From Nitrospinales bacterium (GTDB lineage: Bacteria > Nitrospinota > Nitrospinia > Nitrospinales > JAJDAT01): a stretch of DNA of 11,839 nt. The notes beneath the pieces are model-generated. The model did no database searches. It saw nothing but the letters and a program-made list of their open reading frames with translations, and had not been told where the DNA came from. Each line of letters starts with the position of its first letter. Position 1 is the stretch's first letter. Positions 6,839 through 11,839 of the stretch are shown piece after piece. Made by a program: the position numbers and the translations under genes. The stretch spans positions 1-11,839 of the forward strand of contig JBHHYO010000080.1 of NCBI GenBank assembly GCA_046757665.1, in the 5' to 3' direction.

Positions 6839-6952
6839 GACGCTCCTGCGTCATGGAAAATCATGAGAACCTTCAGACTATAGACCGCGGAGCGGCAAGG
6901 CGGTTCGTTCCCACGCAGACTATTGTGACACAGCCTGAGAGCGTGGGAACGA
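6839..6952. repeat. Degenerate REP-like palindromic element
   Basis: Perfect 12-bp inverted repeat TCGTTCCCACGC (6905-6916) / GCGTGGGAACGA (6941-6952), plus hairpin GACGC-TCCT-GCGTC (6839-6852). The layout resembles extragenic repeats of the CGTTCCCACGC-AGA-GCGTGGGAACG type (from recall). Confidence 0.6.
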
Positions 6953-7177
6953 GGGAGGGGGTTGGCTATTTTACAGGCTGACGTTTCGACTATTTCGTTC
7001 CTCGGCGGGCAAACGCCCGCGGGAGGATGGCTAAACTTTTGACCGCGATCGAAACGCCGCAAAGCGCGGTCGGGCGGGCGGTGGTGGCGGGCTCAGCATG
7101 ACAAGGCCGGGCCTGGAACCGGAGCCGATTTCCCCTCATTGTCCTTGGCGCGCTCCGGTTCGCCGAGTGCAAACCGC

Positions 7178-7206
7178 TTGCAACCCATCGGGCGATACGC
7201 TATAAA
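7178..7206 (+). promoter_or_regulatory. Sigma70-type promoter of tRNA-Leu
   Basis: TTGCAA (7178-7183), 17-bp spacer, TATAAA (7201-7206), ending 12 nt before the tRNA. Confidence 0.65.
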
Positions 7207-7218
7207 TGGGTAAAGCGT

Positions 7219-7305
7219 GCCGAAGTGGCGGAATTGGTAGACGCGCATGATTCAGGGTCATGTGTCCTCGCGGGCGTGGAGGTTCAAATCCTCTCTTCGG
7301 CACCA
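7219..7305 (+). tRNA. tRNA-Leu (anticodon CAG), 87 nt, CCA encoded
   Basis: Acceptor stem GCCGAAG/CTTCGGC followed by ACCA; D-arm GGCGGAATTGGTAGACGCG; anticodon arm CATGA-TTCAGGG-TCATG (CAG at 7253-7255); long variable arm; T-arm GGAGG-TTCAAAT-CCTCT. Confidence 0.97.
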
Positions 7306-7347
7306 TTTGTTTTCTCTCCCCGCCGATGAACACTTCCCCCTCTGCCC

Positions 7348-8487
7348 ATGAAAATCTGTCTTACGGTAAACTCCTCGCCCTGGTCGCGGTTTAAGGGCGG
7401 CGGGCAGATCGCGGTGCATCATCTTGCCTCAGCGCTGGTCCGCAAGGGCCACGAGGTGCACGTGATTTATTCCCGCGGTCCCGGCGAACGGGCCGACCCG
7501 CCGCCGGTCGATTACAAAATTCACTGGGCGCGTCATTTTAATTTCGCCACCTTGAACCTCAACATATTTTCTTTCGCCAAAATCCTGTCGCCGCTGGCGG
7601 CGCGGGAGCGGTTCGACGTCATTCACGGCAACGCCGAGGAAGCTTTTTTTCATGCCGGGATCTGCCGGCGCACCGAGGCCGCCTGTTTTTTCACGTCGCA
7701 CGCGCCGTTCATTCCGCCGACGGGGCCGGCGCGCGCCCTGGGCCGACCGGTCTTACTGCTGAAACGCCTGAACACTTATTTACTGCGGGCCGCCGCCGAG
7801 CGCGCCGGGCAGATCGTCACCTTCAGCCGGTTCTCCAAAAACCTCGTGACCGGCGGGCTGGGGCCGGAGGCGGAAAAACGCATTCACGTCGTCCCGCCCG
7901 GCATCGACCCGTCATGGCTGGAGGTGAAACGAAACCCGCAACCCCGGGACCAACTGCTGTTCTGGGGGCGGATGGAAGATGAAAAAGGCGTTCCCGAACT
8001 GTTGCGGGCGTTTGCCAACGTGAAGCGACAGCGCGAGGGTGTCCGCCTGCACCTGGCGGGCGAGGGCAACCGCTACGACGCCTACCGGCAACTGGCGCGC
8101 GAGCTGGGCCTGGAGGCCGACACGGTTTTCCACGGCTGGCTGGATACCGCGGCGATCCAGAACCTCGCCGGCGAAAGCCGCGCCGCGCTGTTTCCGTCGC
8201 GTATCGAAAGTTTCGGCCTCGCCCCGGCGGAGGCCATGGCGGCGGGACTGCCGGTCATCTGCACAAACGCCGGAGCGTTGCCGGAAATCGTCACCGACGG
8301 AGTAACGGGCGCCGTGACGCCGACCGGGGACATCGACAGTCTGACCCACGCCATCCTCAACCTGCTGGCGGACGCAACGGCATCCGAGGAAATGGCGCAC
8401 AGCGCGCGCGACGCCGTCCGGCAAAAATTCTCCTGGGACGCCGCCGCCGATAAAATTCTCCAACTTTACTCGGACGCGAAAAAATAA
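7348..8487 (+). CDS. Glycosyltransferase family 4 (GT-B fold) protein (379 aa)
   Basis: N-terminal MKICL...GGGQIAVHHLASALVRKGHEVHVI and FDVIHGN; FWGRMEDEKG; C-terminal E-x7-E motif PSRIESFGLAPAEAMAAGLPVI; FSWD near the end. Confidence 0.93.
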   Translation: MKICLTVNSSPWSRFKGGGQIAVHHLASALVRKGHEVHVIYSRGPGERADPPPVDYKIHWARHFNFATLNLNIFSFAKILSPLAARERFDVIHGNAEEAFFHAGICRRTEAACFFTSHAPFIPPTGPARALGRPVLLLKRLNTYLLRAAAERAGQIVTFSRFSKNLVTGGLGPEAEKRIHVVPPGIDPSWLEVKRNPQPRDQLLFWGRMEDEKGVPELLRAFANVKRQREGVRLHLAGEGNRYDAYRQLARELGLEADTVFHGWLDTAAIQNLAGESRAALFPSRIESFGLAPAEAMAAGLPVICTNAGALPEIVTDGVTGAVTPTGDIDSLTHAILNLLADATASEEMAHSARDAVRQKFSWDAAADKILQLYSDAKK

Positions 8488-8497
8488 CCAACTTTCC

Positions 8498-9436
8498 TTA
8501 TCGCCACCAGCGCCGCCATAGCGCCGAAATTGTGAGGCCGGCAAGGGAGACGCATTGGCGCAGGGGGGACTTCTGCCGACGCCGCATTTCCAGCTCGCCG
8601 TAATGGAAATCCTCCGCCCGGGCGGAATCGTGCCGACCCTCGAAATTGCGCTTCAACTGCCGATACAGGATTTCCAGGTGGCGGTAATAATTTTTGTCGT
8701 ACGTTCTTTGTTTTTTTTCGGGGGCCAGGTCGTTCCAGATTTCATCCACGAGCTGTTCCCTTTTCAGCAAGCCCGGCTCCCCTTCGTGAAATCTGACATT
8801 CCTGAACGTAAACTCCTCGACGTTGGTTTTATAGAAAGACGTTCTTCCTAAATAAACGTTTTCAAACCTTACGTTGCGGGGGTTCTCCACCTTGATGGAT
8901 CGGAAACTTATCAAGCAATTTTTATCGAATCGGGTGGCGACAAAGATAATTTCTCCGGGGCCGGAGCATTCGACCTGATTGAAGACCGCGCCGCCCCCGC
9001 CGGAGAACACGGCCTCGCCGAAGTCCGCGCCGCCGGCGCCGGAGAATCTGGCCTTGAAGAAGTCCGCGCCACCCTTGCCGGAGAACCTGGCCCAGCGGAA
9101 GTTCGCCCCGCCCCTGCCGGAGAAGATGGCCGAGCGGAAATCCGCCCTGCCCTCGAGGAATCCGGCTCCGCCGAAGTTCGCCCAGCCTTCGCCGGAGAAC
9201 GTGGCTTCCCCGAAGTCCACCCCATCCGGACCGGAGAACTCGACCTTGCGGAAGTTCACCCCGTCTAAAAATTTGGCATTTTTAAAAACGGTTTTGCCCG
9301 TGAAAATTGCTCCCGAGAAATCGACCCGCGTCTCGAATACGTGGCCGGTAAAGTCCACGTCGCCGATTTTCACGGCTTTGAGGGAATAGCCGTTGGCGAG
9401 TTTGTCGAGGAGTTGTTGTCGGTCGATGACTGCCAT
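8498..9436 (-). CDS. Pentapeptide-like repeat (beta-solenoid) protein, possibly C-terminally truncated (312 aa)
   Basis: Regular F-x-x-A-x-F-S-G-x-G-G-A-D/N repeats, followed by a helical region YRQLKRNFEGRHDSARAEDFHYGELEMRR. Confidence 0.8.
   Translation of the reverse strand: MAVIDRQQLLDKLANGYSLKAVKIGDVDFTGHVFETRVDFSGAIFTGKTVFKNAKFLDGVNFRKVEFSGPDGVDFGEATFSGEGWANFGGAGFLEGRADFRSAIFSGRGGANFRWARFSGKGGADFFKARFSGAGGADFGEAVFSGGGGAVFNQVECSGPGEIIFVATRFDKNCLISFRSIKVENPRNVRFENVYLGRTSFYKTNVEEFTFRNVRFHEGEPGLLKREQLVDEIWNDLAPEKKQRTYDKNYYRHLEILYRQLKRNFEGRHDSARAEDFHYGELEMRRRQKSPLRQCVSLAGLTISALWRRWWR
8960..9265 (-). repeat. Intragenic 39-bp (13-aa) degenerate tandem repeat, about 8 units
   Basis: A GCCGGAGAA-like anchor recurs at 8960, 8999, 9038, 9077, 9116, 9191 and 9230. 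The 75-bp gap between 9116 and 9191 is one 39-bp plus one 36-bp unit. Confidence 0.85.
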
Positions 9437-9474
9437 GACTGATTTTGCTTTACTGTTTTTCTTTGCATAAGATC

Positions 9475-9579
9475 GTCATTGCGAGGCGGCTCCGCCGACG
9501 AAGCAATCCAGAAAGGACCCATTCCCACCGGGCGCGGCCCGGCTGGATCGCCACGCCGCCGGTGGCGGCTCGCGATGAC
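9475..9579. repeat. REP-like nested palindromic extragenic element (GTCATTGCGAG...CTCGCGATGAC type)
   Basis: Outer arms GTCATTGCGAG (9475-9485) / CTCGCGATGAC (9569-9579); inner arms GAAGCAATCCAG (9500-9511) / CTGGATCGCCAC (9543-9554); side hairpins GGCGG-CT-CCGCC and GCCGCC-GG-TGGCGGC. Confidence 0.75.
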
Positions 9580-9693
9580 ACCAGGCCGACGGGAGAGGCG
9601 TTACCCTCACGGGATATTATAACGAAGAAAATATTTTTCATTCGCAAATTAAGCATCCATGTTAATCTGTAGTTTTCGTATGTTATTTCAATC

Positions 9694-11562
9694 ATGAAAC
9701 ACTACGATGTCATTGTAATCGGCGCGGGGCACGCGGGCTGTGAGGCAGGATTGGCGGCGGCGCGCATGGGGCGCTCCACCCTGCTGTTGACGCTCGACCG
9801 CGACAAGATCGCCCTGATGCCCTGCAACCCGGCCATCGGCGGGGTGGCGAAGGGTCACATGGTGCGCGAGATCGACGCCCTCGGCGGCGAGATGGCGCGT
9901 TGCATCGACAAGACCGGCATTCAGTTCCGGATGCTCAACGCCTCGAAAGGCCCGGCGGTGCTCGGCCCGCGCGCCCAGGCGGACAAGAAACGCTACAAAA
10001 ACGAGATGCGCCGCGTGTTGGAAAACCAGCCCGGCCTCGACATTGCCGAGGAGCAGGCGCGGGAGCTGTTGACCGCCAACGGCGCATTGACCGGCATCCG
10101 CACCGACCAGGGATCGGAGTACCGTTGCGCCGCGCTGGTCATCACCACGGGAACGTTTCTCAATGGCCTGGTGCATATCGGCAACCGGCGAACGCCCGCC
10201 GGGCGGTTCGGCGAAAAGCCGTCCACCGGCCTGTCCGAGTCGTTTCTCGCCCTCGGCTTCCGGCTCGGCCGCCTGAAGACCGGCACGCCGCCGCGGCTGT
10301 TGCGCGACAGCATCGACTTCGGCAAGTGCGAGCGACAGGACGGCGACCGGCGCCCGAAACCGTTTTCGTTTTCGACGCCGTCCATCGACCGGCGGCAGGT
10401 TCCCTGCTATATCACCGCCACCAACCGACGCACGGCGGAGGTCATCCGCCGCAACATGCACTTGTCGCCGTTGTACAGCGGCGCTATTCAGGGCATCGGG
10501 CCGCGCTATTGTCCGTCTATCGAGGACAAAATCGTCAAGTTTCCGGAGCGCGAGTCGCACCAGATTTTTCTGGAGCCGGAGGGTCTCGATACGGACTGGA
10601 TTTATCCGAACGGCATTTCCACCAGCCTGCCGGAGGAGGTGCAAAGGGAGTACGTGCGCACGATTCCCGGTCTGGAACACGCGGAACTGGCGCGGCCGGG
10701 TTACGCGGTGGAGTACGATTTCGTTCCGCCCACCCAGCTCAAGCCGACGCTGGAGACGAAGCGGCTGGCCGGACTGTACCTCGCCGGGCAGATCAACGGC
10801 ACGTCGGGTTACGAGGAGGCCGCCGCGCAGGGGTTGATAGCGGGGGTCAACGCCGCGCTGACAGCGCAGGGGCGGCCGCCGTTTATCCTCGGCAGAATGG
10901 ACGCCTATATCGGCGTGTTGATCGACGACCTCGTCACCAAGGGCGTCGAGGAGCCGTACCGAATGTTCACCTCGCGCGCCGAGCATCGCCTTCTGCTACG
11001 CCAGGACAACGCCGACCTGCGCCTTATGGACAAGGGGTACAAGCTCGGCCTGGTGTCCCGCGAGGACCACGAGCGTTGCCTCGAAAAGCGGGCGGCCATC
11101 GACGCGGAAATGAAACGCCTGGCGGACACTCGCGTGACGCCGGGGCGGGAGCATCGGGAGAATCTGGCGCGGCTGGGCATTACGGAACTGCGGGGGCCGA
11201 CCACCCTCGACGGTCTGCTGAGGCGGCCGGAAATTTCCTACGGCCGCCTGATCGAGGTGTTCAACGGCGCGTCGGTGTCGCCGGCGGTGGGCGAGCAGAT
11301 CGAGATACAGGTCAAGTACCGGGGCTTCATCGAGCGGCAGATGCAGATGGTCGCCCGGCAAAGAAAGCTGGAACACCGCGCCATCCCGGCGGATTTCGAC
11401 TACGACGGCATCCCCGGCCTGTCCCGCGAGGTCGTGCAGAAATTGCGGGAGGTGCGGCCGCTGACCCTCGGCCAGGCATCGCGGATTTCCGGGGTCACTC
11501 CCGCCGCCGTGACGATCCTGATGGTCATGCTGGCCGGCAATACCAGCGGAAAGTCCTGCTGA
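9694..11562 (+). CDS. mnmG: tRNA uridine-5-carboxymethylaminomethyl(34) synthesis enzyme MnmG (GidA), 622 aa
   Basis: [75 protein letters not shown] and [12 protein letters not shown] are MnmG signatures along the full length. Confidence 0.98.
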   Translation: MKHYDVIVIGAGHAGCEAGLAAARMGRSTLLLTLDRDKIALMPCNPAIGGVAKGHMVREIDALGGEMARCIDKTGIQFRMLNASKGPAVLGPRAQADKKRYKNEMRRVLENQPGLDIAEEQARELLTANGALTGIRTDQGSEYRCAALVITTGTFLNGLVHIGNRRTPAGRFGEKPSTGLSESFLALGFRLGRLKTGTPPRLLRDSIDFGKCERQDGDRRPKPFSFSTPSIDRRQVPCYITATNRRTAEVIRRNMHLSPLYSGAIQGIGPRYCPSIEDKIVKFPERESHQIFLEPEGLDTDWIYPNGISTSLPEEVQREYVRTIPGLEHAELARPGYAVEYDFVPPTQLKPTLETKRLAGLYLAGQINGTSGYEEAAAQGLIAGVNAALTAQGRPPFILGRMDAYIGVLIDDLVTKGVEEPYRMFTSRAEHRLLLRQDNADLRLMDKGYKLGLVSREDHERCLEKRAAIDAEMKRLADTRVTPGREHRENLARLGITELRGPTTLDGLLRRPEISYGRLIEVFNGASVSPAVGEQIEIQVKYRGFIERQMQMVARQRKLEHRAIPADFDYDGIPGLSREVVQKLREVRPLTLGQASRISGVTPAAVTILMVMLAGNTSGKSC

Positions 11563-11564
11563 CC

Positions 11565-11789
11565 GTGCACACCGATTCCATCCAATGGAAACTGGAAGTC
11601 GATAAAAAAGACATCGCCTACCTGGTCGGCCTGTTTGAATCCTACGGCGACTTCGCGGTGGTGCGAACGCTCGACCAAAGCCGCGGCCACGTGGAACTGT
11701 TGATCGCTCCCGACTATGTGGATGAAGTCCGCAAACTGTTAGAAAGCCTCGCCGAGGAAATGCCCGTGCGGATTTTATCCAGCGGGTGA
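11565..11789 (+). CDS. Small protein, DUF4911-like (74 aa)
   Basis: GTG 2 nt after the mnmG stop. DIAYLVGLFESYGDFAVVRTLDQSRGHVELLIAP resembles DUF4911 proteins (from recall). It is the only protein-like part of the 9900..11789 ORF call. Confidence 0.7.
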   Translation: MHTDSIQWKLEVDKKDIAYLVGLFESYGDFAVVRTLDQSRGHVELLIAPDYVDEVRKLLESLAEEMPVRILSSG

Positions 11790-11839
11790 CCTTCCCCCAA
11801 TTTATGGACAGGTTAAAAGTAGAGCGTTTTTGTCTTGCC

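Noticed and set aside
6686..7172. Short ORFs in the spacer (6686..6883, 6763..7062, 6775..6981, 6990..7172) as a Cro-like or toxin gene
   Set aside because: They show no HTH, toxin or membrane-peptide signature, and they run through operators and palindromic repeats.
5628..7305. tRNA-Leu as the attachment site of an integrated element carrying the XRE-peptidase islet
   Set aside because: I found no duplicate of the tRNA 3' or 5' end in the window and no integrase. The islet also lies upstream of the tRNA, beyond its promoter.
7136..7333. 65-aa minus-strand ORF
   Set aside because: It is the antisense translation of the tRNA (MVPKRGFEPPRP pattern).
8960..9265. 39-bp periodic repeat as a CRISPR array
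   Set aside because: The units are degenerate, in frame and contiguous inside a coding sequence, with no repeat-spacer structure and no cas genes.
9900..11564. 629-aa alternate-frame ORF overlapping mnmG and running into the small downstream gene (possible frameshift fusion)
   Set aside because: The R/G/A/P-rich translation is typical of an off-frame read of a GC-rich gene. mnmG is intact, and only the last 74 codons look like a real protein with their own GTG.

Overview
GC-rich bacterial chromosomal window with mostly compact genes. From left to right: (1) a minus-strand cluster of four genes (acidic hypothetical protein, six-bladed NHL beta-propeller, secreted DUF1566/Lcl-type protein, TPR protein) behind a near-consensus sigma70 promoter; (2) a divergent, unusually long (747 aa) KamA/lysine-2,3-aminomutase-like radical SAM gene; (3) an AT-rich islet of about 1.1 kb with an XRE-family HTH regulator coupled to an ImmA/IrrE-family HExxH metallopeptidase, preceded by two abutting 21-bp palindromic operator-like units inside a larger mirror-symmetric region; (4) a hairpin-rich spacer with an interrupted REP-like palindrome; (5) tRNA-Leu(CAG); (6) a GT4 glycosyltransferase; (7) a convergent pentapeptide-like beta-solenoid gene with a 39-bp/13-aa repeat that looks 3'-truncated; (8) a second REP-like element; (9) mnmG (gidA) and a small DUF4911-like gene. 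I saw no CRISPR array, integrase or transposase. The best candidates for undescribed biology are the orphan XRE + ImmA/IrrE switch with its operator architecture and the stand-alone long KamA-like enzyme. All family assignments come from motif recognition by eye, not database searches.
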